DNA of 63,382 nt, counting the filler, from Basidiobolus ranarum (lineage: Eukaryota): the NCBI GenBank assembly GCA_040143965.1. It is 33 parts of 33 records of this genome, joined end to end, with 100 filler letters (N's around TTAATTAATTAA, not from the genome) between each part and the next. Parts side by side here need not be neighbours in the genome. Positions count along the whole stretch, not along the records: positions 36,625 to 38,446 come from JASJQH010004264.1; positions 38,547 to 40,368 come from JASJQH010004265.1; positions 40,469 to 42,289 come from JASJQH010004266.1; positions 42,390 to 44,209 come from JASJQH010004267.1; positions 44,310 to 46,128 come from JASJQH010004268.1; positions 46,229 to 48,046 come from JASJQH010004269.1; 27 more parts are not named here. The stretch is one strand, 5' to 3'. Below the pieces are notes generated by a model. It searched no databases and was not told where the DNA came from. It worked only from the letters and a program-made list of their open reading frames with translations. Numbering within the stretch: the first letter of the stretch is position 1; each line of letters opens with the position of its first letter. The translations under genes were made by a program, and so were the position numbers. Of the stretch, positions 36,740-48,146 are shown piece by piece.

Positions 36740-38446
36740 TAGATTCTTTCTGACTGTAGGTGAAGCACTCACAAGTTCCACAATTGGGACAGAAAGGCAA
36801 GAGTCTAAGATCCTCTCAGTCAGTGTCTCAAGATCTGCTTTCTTGCTAATCTTGTATTGCATCTGATTGTTAGGCTGTCAAGGTCCTTCTTCACTAGTTC
36901 TTGATATTGGTTTTGGAATGTTCTCAATAACAACCTCTGGCTCAGAAAATCTTGCCTTTGGTGTACTAGTAGGGCCTAGTTCCTCAGGTGGAGAAGCTCA
37001 CTTGGTTGCATAAGCTTCAGCTAAGCAAGCAAATTCATCTTCATTGTCAGATTCCAATGTTTGGATCTGGTGTTTGTCAACAGCAAAGTGTTGTGTGTTC
37101 TGGTCAGGGTCTTCAACAGTTATTCTTCTGGTGTTGTTAACCGGTGGGCAGTAAGTGCTTTTATACCTCCTCTTCCAAAGTTTGGCCTGACATTTCTGCC
37201 ATCATGATCAAGTATACACCCTCTTGAGTCCAATTGGAGCTCTCCTTTGTTAAGCAATTCATTCAATTCAGGACAGTCCTTCTTGGAATGCTCAGATGAG
37301 TCACACCATACACATTTAGATAGGTAGGGAGACTGATAAGTTCCTCCTTGGTAGGACTTACTCTCAATCTTCAAAGTGAGATGTTCAAGTTTCTTGCCAA
37401 TGTTGGATAGTTCTTCCTCTACATCAACTGTTCTGTTTTTTGTCAAAAGTTCTTCTGGTCTGGGTTGCTGTTGTTCCCTGCTCTTCTGGTGCATTTTCAT
37501 GAGTGCTGAGCACTCCTGGCTGGCTAGGAGGCGTTTCTTCACACTAGCAAGAGAGGGAATATCAGAGGTTGATTGGCTGGTAGTTTCTTGATGTACCATT
37601 GTCAGTAGGTGTCGGGGTAACGCATTCAATAGATAAATAGTAAGGGTAACTTCAGTAATTACACCATGTTGGATCAAAGGAGCTCCAATATCTTCAAGTT
37701 CTTGGATAAACTGTCTGGTAGGCATCTTTGAAAAGTGGGTTTTGGCAAAGTCCTCCAAGTCATAGATTGAGTTGGTACAGCAGGATTCTCCATAGTTTTC
37801 TAGCAAGTGTCCTTTCATAAGGCTCCAGTCTTGTAGTACGGAAGGGTTGCCCTCAAGTGCTAACATAATATCATTTTTCTAGTAAGGTGGTAGTTGCTCA
37901 GCCATTCTGTCTTGAGGAACATTGTAAGCTTGGCAGAAAAGTTCCCATCTCCTGATGAATGCTTGAACTTTAGTTCCATCAAAGAAGGGAGTTCTTGGGG
38001 ATCCACATAATGGTAGTATTGGGGTTAACATGTTGAATGAGTTATAGTAGTAGTAGTCTTTCTTGTTGTAAGTCTTTGGAGAGATTCAGTTGAGCCCCCC
38101 ACATTGGGTGCCAAATGTAATTGTTTTAGGGTGTAAGCAGCAACTATAACTGTAATATCCTAAGGGTTTTGTGAGGTGTTGAAATGGTGCAATAACCATG
38201 GTTGAATAGCTCTGGGATGTACTGTAATATGGGTCTGTCTCTTGCCTCTTGTGACTTTGTGAAAGGGAATCAAGCCTCTAGAAATGTCCAAGGACTGATA
38301 AACCACAATGCAATGTCCAACTTTCTGTTGAATAATATGCTGGCACCTGACAAAAGAATATACTGGCTTCAAAGTCCTTTGAGAATGATCAGATAAAAAG
38401 GGTATATCCAATCAAAAACAACCGTAAACTCAGCCAGTAGGGTCTT
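36740..38446 (-). mobile_element. Ty3/Gypsy-type element: 5' LTR end (38116-38446), tRNA-Lys PBS (38097-38113), gag (ATG 38031; in-frame stop 37879-37881)
   Basis: LTR ends ...ACA-TT-TGGCACCCAATGTGGGG; gag has PFFDG and a CX2CX4HX4C knuckle (CVWCDSSEHSKKDC); the LTR piece recurs at 61776-61910. Confidence 0.82.
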
Positions 38447-38546
38447 NNNNNNNNNNNNNNNNNNNNNNNNNNNNNNNNNNNNNNNNNNNNTTAATTAATT
38501 AANNNNNNNNNNNNNNNNNNNNNNNNNNNNNNNNNNNNNNNNNNNN

Positions 38547-38871
38547 AGTGTTAGTTTTCTGTATTTCCACCAAAATGTATAAATGCTTAATTTCTGGTCA
38601 ATAAATAATTATCTCACAAAGCTATTCACAACTCCACTTTTCTAAAGTTCCTTCAAAAGCCCAAATTTTCCCAATATGATCATGTGATTGGTCATATGAT
38701 CTTATAGAAGGGATAAGCAAATAGAGGGTTAGTCAGGTGATAGGTCAAATGATAAAGTCACTGGATAAGGTCAGGTGACTAGTTAGTGAGAATAATAAAC
38801 TAAACAGATATTCAAGCAAGTTGTAAAGATATGGCACAAGTTTAAACAACTTTTTATGTTGGTGTACAACA
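38547..38871. repeat. LTR family C 3' part followed by another LTR-like end (family G, TGTTGTACACC on minus)
   Basis: 38570-38675 matches 13520-13627; the next segment ends TACAACA at the junction with CACTA sequence and has repeated GTCA.GTGA motifs. Confidence 0.6.
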
Positions 38872-40368
38872 ATACTTATCAGGTGGAAATCTTTTCAAGA
38901 TTCCACTTCAATATAAACAAATCCAATACTTGCAGTCTTTGTATTTGAATAAATGCCTAGATAAGTGGATATTGATGGGAGTCCTGGTAATATATGATGG
39001 TATTGTGATGTTTTCCAGCATTTTCCCAATTGATTCAAACTATGATCCTATCTCAAATGGGTCATTCATATTGAATTTTCCACTATATATCTGAGTAAGT
39101 TTATTGGAATATTGTTGAATAGTAAGTGCATAGTGTCTAATGGGAGGTTATGGCTCCAGCTGATCCCCTTTAGCAATATAATCTTAGGCTTATGGTAATA
39201 TCAAATGTGATGTTAGACTGACTAGTAGGTGAATTGATATCATTGAGCATGTTGAAATCTGACTGGGCTCTTGATGGTAAAATCATGGAGCTTAGTGTTA
39301 TATTTTGATTGTAGTAATGCACTTGAATAGTAGAGTAAACTCCATTGATTTGACAAAATCTACTGTAATAGAGTGCATTGTGCCCATGAAAACCTCCAAG
39401 TTTACAAATGGTGGTAGTGTCACCAATACATACAACAATATTAACTTTAAAAAAACTTTCACCCATCTGAGCACCATGGGACAACCATTCAAATTATACA
39501 ATCAAAGGTTCCAAGAACCCTGACTGAAATTTGAGGATTTTTTTTGCAGGAAAACCATCACAATTTTAATCCATTTGGGATTGACCATTTACTTATCATC
39601 ATAAAATTGTCAAGTTAAATTTGATTTTGATCAATTTTTTCAGCATCAGGAGTGAAATTTCAAGATCTCACAAAATAGTTGTGCATGATTGGCTACAATC
39701 TCAGAGAACTATGGATCAATACATGTGCAAAAACATAACTCAAATTTTACACAATTACCACTTAATCACTAATTTGTCACCTCCAAAATCCCTAGTCTCT
39801 TTGATATATTCTCCTGAATATTTTTATAGAGTTCTTCATACCCAAGGTTTAACTCATACCCAACAAAAGTTTGTGTCAATATCTTCATCAAAGCCCACCA
39901 TTGTATTAACATTGCTGAATCATCATTCTTCCAACTATCTGGCCAATACCCTAAATATTGTGCCACTCTGTATTAAGTTCTTCCCAGATATCTGTATGGT
40001 CAACACCAGACTGAATGTCAAATTGAATATTCTTCTTCTGAGGCCACTTTCTACATACTTACACTGCATTTTTCCCTTCATACTTTTGAACATACTCCTC
40101 AACCCAAGCAGAAATTTGAGGATTGTTATCTTAGGAAAACTGTCACAATTTTTTTCCATTTGGGATTGACCATTTACTTACCATCATGAAATCATCAAGT
40201 TAGATGTGATTTTAATCAATTTTTTCAGTTTCAGGAGTGAAATTTCAAGATCTTGCTAAATAGTTGCAAATGATTGGCTAAAATCTCAGAGAACTATGGA
40301 TCAACACATGTGCAAAAAACGTAACTCAAATTTTACACAATTACCACTTGAACGCTAATTTGTCACCT
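38872..40368. mobile_element. CACTA transposase fragment (-, 38872-39517) followed by two nested CACTA left ends (start 39518 and 40103)
   Basis: CCCTGACTGAAATTTGAGG and CCCAAGCAGAAATTTGAGG each begin about 265 bp of mutual homology. Confidence 0.82.
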
Positions 40369-40468
40369 NNNNNNNNNNNNNNNNNNNNNNNNNNNNNNNN
40401 NNNNNNNNNNNNTTAATTAATTAANNNNNNNNNNNNNNNNNNNNNNNNNNNNNNNNNNNNNNNNNNNN

Positions 40469-42289
40469 AATAAACACATGTTTTTGAATGATGGAATTGA
40501 GTACTAAATAATCAGAATATGAATAAACTAACTACTTAATAATGAGTTGCTATTTACCTAATTTCAACACATATTCTGAGCATATAGCATTTATTCCTGC
40601 CATTCAAAAATGTTTGTGTATTGCTCTAATTGATAGAAGTATCAATTTGATTGCTTTTACCAATTATTACTATTTTCTCAAATTTTCTCTAAATCATCTC
40701 AAAACTTCACCCATGGTTAACAGGCATGTTAGTTATGATCTAAGCACATTCATCAGTCCTATTCTACAGTAAGCTATAGTAGGACATATTTAATTCATTA
40801 AAGCTTAAGTGTCTAATTCACAAATCCAAATCTTGTCCAAAACACTTTCAAATGCCCCAAATGCCTTTATCTGGTTATGAGCCCCAAGCAAGCTGTTAAA
40901 GGAACATTTACCAGTACTATTGCCGATGTTTTTTGCATGAATAGAGTAGTTTGATGGCAAAGACTTTCACCTATGGAAGTTCAAGATGCAAATAGTACCA
41001 GAAGACAAGGACCTTTGGGGATTTGTTACTGGAGAAGAAATAGAGCCAAAGGATCCACCAGAAGCTATTGTTGCCTTTCACAAGAAGCAGAGGAAAGTAT
41101 TCTCTACACTTTGTTAACACCTCAGAGACTCCCAATTGAGGCACATAAAATCAGCCAAAAGACCAAAATGCTTGGTAAACTCTTGAGGGACTATATGACA
41201 CTATATATCTGGCTAATAGGCTAAATCTTAGGTGAAAATTATTCTCAATTCCAATGAATTCTGATGTTTCTATGCTTGACCATATCAATTGCACAAAAAC
41301 TATGGCAAATCAGCTCTCATCCATTGAAGCACCTCTAAATGAATATGACTTGGTCATCACACTACTTGGGAACCTGCCATACAAGTTTGGGAATTTGATA
41401 ATTGCTCTAGAATCAAGATTAGAGCAACTAACAATGGAATAAGTTGGTGCTAGGCTTTTGAATGAGGAATTCAGGAGATCTAGTTCTCAGCCAAATAATG
41501 CAGAACAGGCATTTTTTGGAGCTGTAAAATGTCCAACAGGCTTCAATAATGGTGCCCCTGATAGGAAATCAATCATTTGAAAGTATTGTAAGAGACCAGG
41601 CCATTTAATCAAAGATTGCAGAAAAAGGATTTGCCAAAAAGCTCAAATTGGAACAAGCAAACCAAGTAAGCACTGATTGGGATTGTCTATTTGTGCCTGC
41701 CCTATCAGTAACCAGTAAAGACGACTCAGAAATGTGGTGCATTGATTCAGAAGCTTCCCAGCATGTGTCAAACAAGAAAGATTGTTTTTCCAGCTTAAAA
41801 CAAATCCAATCAAAGAAAGTCTACTTAGATGATGACTATGCACTAGATGCAGTTAGTAAGGGCACCGTTGGGCTTAATTTAGAACAAAATTCAGCCACAA
41901 CATCTGCAAAATTTGATGATATACTCTAGGTACCAAATATAGCTTAGAATCAACTCTCAGTGAGCCATGCAACAACTCAAGGACTAAATTTCATTTTAGT
42001 AAGGCAGGATGCACTATCACAGATTAGAGTACCACCACATTAGCTATGGGATCAAAACTCAAAACTTATACAAGCTAGAGATCAACAAATAGCATTCTGA
42101 GCATCCAAACTTGGCCCAAGCCAGTGAAATAAGCTGTCAAATATGGCATAGGAGATTAGGCCACATTGGGTAACAAAATTGTCCTGAATGATCCAAAAAT
42201 AGCTTGTTACAGGCTTTGAAATTGAAAATATCACTGAATTGGATCTGTGTGAAGGTTGCATATATGGAAAACATCACAGACAGCTGTTT
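40469..42289 (+). mobile_element. Copia family A: inverted LTR piece (40469-40569) in the 5' LTR, PBS 40873-40884, gag-protease-GAG-pre-integrase remnant
   Basis: PBS GGTTATGAGCCC; knuckle KYCKRPGHLIKDC; WCIDSEASQH; WHRRLGH..CEGC. Confidence 0.92.
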
Positions 42290-42389
42290 NNNNNNNNNNN
42301 NNNNNNNNNNNNNNNNNNNNNNNNNNNNNNNNNTTAATTAATTAANNNNNNNNNNNNNNNNNNNNNNNNNNNNNNNNNNNNNNNNNNNN

Positions 42390-42530
42390 GTAATGATTTG
42401 TATGCAATCATAAGTAAAAACTATGAAGTTGCTATACAGGCCATGACAAGCAATAACGCCGCAATATCGCAATTAATGCAGCGTTCGGAAGCAACTAGTC
42501 AACAGTTAGAGAGTCACTCAACAATGATAC
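42390..42530 (+). mobile_element. CACTA ORF2 fragment retaining ancestral CpGs
   Basis: Aligns to 6729-6868; CG here corresponds to TG/CA/TA there. Confidence 0.85.
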
Positions 42531-42604
42531 ATAAAAGCATGATAAAATTTCAAGATGATCTATTCAATTAAAAGAAAGCCAAGTTTTACACAAAAAGCTA
42601 CTTT

Positions 42605-43165
42605 AGGTAATTGTACTAGATTTGAGCAGGTATGTTTTACTTGTCGTAAGATTCTCAGAAACATTGACCTAAAACACTACTCTTGAATGTTGCAATGATA
42701 TAATACATAATGATTTCAAAAGAATCATTTGTTTAAAATAAGTAGAATTTCAAACAAATATCCATTTTAAGTGAGTATACTAGATTTGAGCAAGTATGTC
42801 TTACTTGTCGTAAGATTCACAGAAACAGTTACCTAAAACACTACTCTTCAATATTCAAATGATATAATATATTATGTTTTCAAAATAATCATCTGTTCAA
42901 AATAAGTAGAATTTCAAGCAAATAAATAGATCAGGTGATTGTGCTAAGTTTGAACAAGTATGTTATTACTTGATACAAGATTTCAGAAACATTTTCCCAA
43001 TACACTACTCTCCAATACTGCAATAATGTAATATATTGTCATTTCTGAACAATCATTTGGTTTAAATAAGTAAAATTCCAAACTGATGCCTATTTTAGAA
43101 TATAATAATATAATTCTTAGAGAAACATGTCTTACTTGCCGTTGAAATCTTGAAAAACATATTGT
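42605..43165. repeat. AT-rich tandem repeat, 164-bp unit, about 3.3 copies
   Basis: ACTAGATTTGAGCA-like anchor at 42615, 42779 and 42943; shared CAGAAACA, ACACTACTCT, AAATAAGTAGAATT blocks. Confidence 0.85.
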
Positions 43166-43780
43166 CAATGTGAAACTTATATCAAGATGACTATGTATAC
43201 ATTGATATGATAAGTTTCTGTTAAATCATATCTACTTAAAAGTATGTTTATTTTAAACAGATTAGAACTACTTATAATAGTTGAGTTAAATCTCACTATG
43301 TATATTTTACTTGAAATAAAATTTTGAAGCTTACACAAAGTTATTACAAATCAATGATAAAATTTTGCTCAACAACTTTGATTTGTGATATACTAGAAAT
43401 TAGGCAAGAAACTGCTCAAGCAGATTAAGCTCAATTGACAACCTTATTTATTAACTCAAAAGCTTATAGATACACAATATATTAGAAATTTTACTTATTT
43501 AAGCAAAGCAAAATATGGAGCAAATTTCAACTTTCAAATGCTTTTTCAAATTTCTGACTAACTTTCATTTCCAATAGTTTCAAGCAAGTAAACTAGGATA
43601 TAAGTTGCAAATAGCACTTGTCCATAAGCAGTCAGTAAAGTGGTATTTGAAATAAGAAATTCAACTAACTTTGATATTTCCTATAATGCTCCAAGGAGTA
43701 CTCTTATATATGAAGAGTTCAGCATTAGTTTGACATTCAATTGCTCATATTGAGAAAATATTTGTTTTGGGAGGGGGGGG

Positions 43781-44139
43781 TTGGCAGTTGTAAATAGCAT
43801 TATCTAAGTACTTACGTAGTCATATTTAGCTTAGCATTCAGTCATCCAAAATTTCACCACAATATCACTCACTATTCCCAATCAGAGTTTACTTGGAATA
43901 TAGAGACTAGCTTTGAAGTTCCCAGATATATGGATTCTTCAAACTTGGGCTAGAAGCCCCAAGCTCTATACATAGATCTTTGGGACCCTCCTTAAAGCAC
44001 TCTACATGTTTGATTGCTTATATCTTGATAAAACTATAAATGTCAACTTTCTACTCACTCAATCAATCAATAAGTGAAAAGCCACCAATTTCTCTAATTC
44101 TCCAAACCACTTCCAACAGGCTCCCAGAATACTTTAACA
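43781..44139 (+). repeat. Copia family B LTR (diverged), preceded by a G-rich tract
   Basis: Homologous to 53906-54253; ends TTTAACA. Confidence 0.8.
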
Positions 44140-44309
44140 ATTTTACCAGTTGTAGCTTAAAGTTTCATTTTCACATTTACAGAAGAAATAAATAAGCACA
44201 TGAATCCATNNNNNNNNNNNNNNNNNNNNNNNNNNNNNNNNNNNNNNNNNNNNTTAATTAATTAANNNNNNNNNNNNNNNNNNNNNNNNNNNNNNNNNNN
44301 NNNNNNNNN

Positions 44310-45865
44310 AATAATTGATAGTATCTTAGTGAGTTACAAGATAACTAAGTACTAAGCTATATATGACTATATAGGTGTTTAGGCAATGCTAATTTCAACA
44401 GTTTTTCACTTATTGATTTATTGAGTAGAAAGTTGACATTTATAGTTTTGTCAAGATGTAGGCAAGCTAATGGGTAGAATGTGTTAAGGAAGGTCCCAGC
44501 AACATGTGCGCAAAGTTTGGAGCTTCTAGCACAAGTTTGAAATATCTATTTATCTGAGAACTTCTAAGTTGGTAAATGTATTCCAAGTAAATTCCAATTG
44601 AGAATAAAGGATAATATCTTGGTGAATTATAAGATAACCAAGTACTAAGCTATATATTACTATATAGGTGTTTAGGCAAAGCTAACTTCAACAGATAGAA
44701 GATTAATTGGCTGCCAATGGGTGTTTAAAGTTATATACAACTCTGATGGCAATATTGAAGGGTTCAAGGCTATACTAGCAGCCAAAGGCTATTCCCAAGC
44801 ACCAGGAATATATTACATGGAGACTTTTGCTCCTGTAGCAAAGTTTGATTCAAATAGATTGATAACAATTTTAGCCAAGTATTGGTTTATTATATATCAA
44901 ATAGATGTTAAAACCTGCTTTTTTGAATGGTGAGCTTGATAAAAAGATCTATATGGACCAGTCAGATGGATTTGTGGACCCAGGAAACCCTAAAAAAAGT
45001 TTGCATACTCTGGAAACACCCTATGGCTTACAATAATCTCCAAGAGCTTGAATAGCAGGAGAGATGCTTTTTTGGAAATACTTGAATTCCAAAAGAGTAA
45101 TGCTGACTATAGTATCTTCTTCAGGCCAGGTAAGACAACTCCAGCTTTATTAGCCTTATATGAAGATAACCTTAGTATAGCAACCAATGACTCAAAGACT
45201 TTGGAATGGACCAAATCCAGCTTATCTGCCTAATTCAAAATGGCCAATATTGAACTAATATACTATCTTGGAATCTAAATTAAGATAGATAGAACTATCA
45301 AAACTATAACTTTAAACCAGTCTAAGTATATGCTTGATATATTGAAAAAGTTTTAAATGGAAGATTGTAATCCAGTATCTACCCCAATGGAGATAAATCT
45401 TAACTTGACCAAAAATGGCTCAAATCTGACATTCTTGGATTCAAATGAAAGCCAGAGATTTCCTTATCAATTCATGGTAGGTAATTTAATGTATGTCATG
45501 GTTGAAATATGGCCAGATATTGGATATTTTGTGGAAGTTATGTGCCAATATCTTCAAAATTATGGATCTGATCAAATTGTAGCAGTTAAGCAAATTTTCA
45601 AATAGTTGAAAGGTATTGTGGATCTGTGCTTAAAACACACATATTCTGGATCAAACTTTGATTTGATGGGATATTCAGATTTCAAAATTGGGAAGAGATA
45701 TTGAAAACAGGAGATTCACAACACTATACTTATTTCTTTGCTGCGATGGAGCTATTTCTTGGAATTCAAAGAAACAACATACCATAGCACCTTGAACAAC
45801 AAAAGCAGAATATATGGCTGCCTGTGAAGCAACAAATGAAGTCATGTGGTTAAGAAAGTTCTTGA
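44310..45865. mobile_element. Two nested family B LTRs (-, ending 44400 and 44693) abutting a Copia RT-RNase H remnant (+, 44694-45865)
   Basis: Two ...TTCAACA termini; [29 protein letters not shown] motifs. Confidence 0.88.
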
Positions 45866-46228
45866 CATTCAGAATAAGAATCCATTAGCTGAAGCATTCC
45901 TTCAACCCTAACCCTAAGCTATTGTCCGAATGATTACCACTAGAGCTACCACTTAATATTTATCCATACAGAAGCAGACCATTATAAAGTAACTTGTATG
46001 TCTTATAATCTTCGTATCCCTGGCATTTAAACATCTCGTGTTACTCCAAATTTCATGGTCACCGAGGTTTGGATGCTTGAGGTATGTACACATCTTAAGC
46101 GTGACACTAACCAAAATAATGGTTAATTNNNNNNNNNNNNNNNNNNNNNNNNNNNNNNNNNNNNNNNNNNNNTTAATTAATTAANNNNNNNNNNNNNNNN
46201 NNNNNNNNNNNNNNNNNNNNNNNNNNNN

Positions 46229-46317
46229 AGAACACCACTGATAACTCCCACATCGTAACCAAAGAGGAAACCTCCGATAGCAGCAGCTGAAGCAGCGAGA
46301 TATACTAATACACCCAT
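46229..46317 (-). CDS. MFS sugar porter, N-terminus (paralogue 2; runs off the contig)
   Basis: ATG at 46317: MGVLVYLAASAAAIGGFLFGYDVGVISGV, the sugar-porter TM1 signature. Too short for the ORF track. Confidence 0.88.
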
Positions 46318-47270
46318 AGTATGATAATTGTAAATGTTTATGAACTTCTTGGAAACTCACCTGGTCTTATATACATGCTGTGTGGGCTAGATGGTGGCTT
46401 AAGGCCTAATTTTGCTTTTGGAAGGTACATAACTCCCCGCAGGTTATCTGCCCAGTTTGGTAATTCCATACCAAGACACCAACATTTTCTGAAACCTCAG
46501 TTTCTAACTAGTAGGCAGCTCTCTGTTGGCGACGATGGACAAGATGATAGGTAAAATTCATACTGAACGTGAAGGACAAATTCCGAACCCTTGGATTTAA
46601 TTGGTTGTAGTGGTCTAGAATCAGTAAATATAGGATTCCAATGGTTTAGAATATTCGTATACTTTAAATGGAAATAAATGAACAATGTTTGCATTAATCT
46701 ATGTAGAAGTTCTTAATTTTAACTGTTCATAATTGGATACTCAGCCAACCTATTATAGCAAATCTTCCACTGGGTCCAACTCAGACTGGTCACGCGGGAA
46801 ATAAAGATCTGCGCTCTGTTTTTTGTAGCGCGGCTTAGTAAACATTCGTCGCTACTTCTCACACTTATCTTAATCCAGTTCGTGTTCCATTCCTGTACAT
46901 GTTTTATTTCTAGAAATTTCGGTTCGATGATTTCAATCTGTATTATGTAACTTACACTGCTCTGAGCATTACCTATTTTCATCTAATCTACGGATAGTAT
47001 ATCTATATACTCGGATATTTCAACTTAATAATTGATTAAGCCCGGCTCCATATATGTGATAGTGCAGCAATTAGCATTAGCATAGCCTAACTGAGATAGT
47101 TATTTGAACCCTACGAGTGATCTCATACTACTGGGCGATTATTTGACAAAGCATTCGCCATTTAATGCACAATAACTTAAGTGGTTAGAGATTAATTTCC
47201 TTGTTAAAAGTGAAATACAGTAGAGTGGATGCTTCGACATAATAGGTTTTGTTAATACTGAAATATAGGT

Positions 47271-47362
47271 AATATATACATTTTTAGTTACAGAGATGGC
47301 TATTCTATAAGCTACACATGTAGTGTATTCGTTCTAAACTTTGGCTTTCTCTTCATTATTGG
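47271..47362 (-). pseudogene. Relic copy of the sugar porter last codons and 3' UTR
   Basis: Aligns to 47537-47627; reads ...NNEEKAKV* versus ...NIEEKIKV*. Confidence 0.7.
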
Positions 47363-47598
47363 TACGACAAAAGATCCCTTTGAGTCACTATCGAGGAGAT
47401 TACCTGATAAGTACGCGACATTTAATGGACGTTATCTAAAAAGATGCCCTGATACCAGTTTTACGATTAAAAATGAAGCACCATGGAGTGAATATTTTAT
47501 GATAATAAGATTTATTAATATATTGGAATATTGGAAATATATACAGTTCTAGTTACAGGGATGGCTATTCAAGAAGTAACACATGTAGTCTAGTCATT

Positions 47599-48046
47599 CT
47601 AAACTTTGATTTTCTCTTCAATGTTGGAGCAACCTCCAAACATGTGATCAATTTGTTCCAAACTCTTTCCTTTAGTTTCGGGTACAAAGAAGTACACAAA
47701 GATGAACATAAGGACACCGCATGCTCCAAAGATGATATACAGTCCCCAGCTAATAGAGTTGATCAAGGGTGGAACAACAAGAGCAATGATGAAGTTGAAG
47801 GCCCAGTTAGAAGCGGTAGTAATACTCATACACTTGGCACGGACACGAGTAGAGTAGATTTCGGATGGGTAAATCCAACCAATAGGTCCCCAGGTACAGG
47901 CGAAGAATGCAACAAACAAGTAGATCAAAGCAATCGTGGCATAGCCAGCTGACTTGTCATCGAAGCCACGAGGAGCGAAGATGGCAATCAAAGTACCAAC
48001 CAAAATCATGGCCAAAGCCATCAAGGCGGCACCAGCGAGCAAGAGA
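47599..48046 (-). CDS. MFS sugar porter (hexose transporter family), C-terminal part (paralogue 1)
   Basis: WGPIGWIYPSEI, R.RAK, NWAFNF, VPETKGKSLEQID motifs; TM helices. Confidence 0.95.
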
Positions 48047-48146
48047 NNNNNNNNNNNNNNNNNNNNNNNNNNNNNNNNNNNNNNNNNNNNTTAATTAATT
48101 AANNNNNNNNNNNNNNNNNNNNNNNNNNNNNNNNNNNNNNNNNNNN

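Noticed and set aside
39621-40169. 182-aa plus-strand ORF as a gene
   Set aside because: Crosses a nested-insertion junction at 40103 and is not open in the homologous copies.
45905-45918. AACCCTAACCCTAA as a telomere
   Set aside because: Only two units, internal to the contig.
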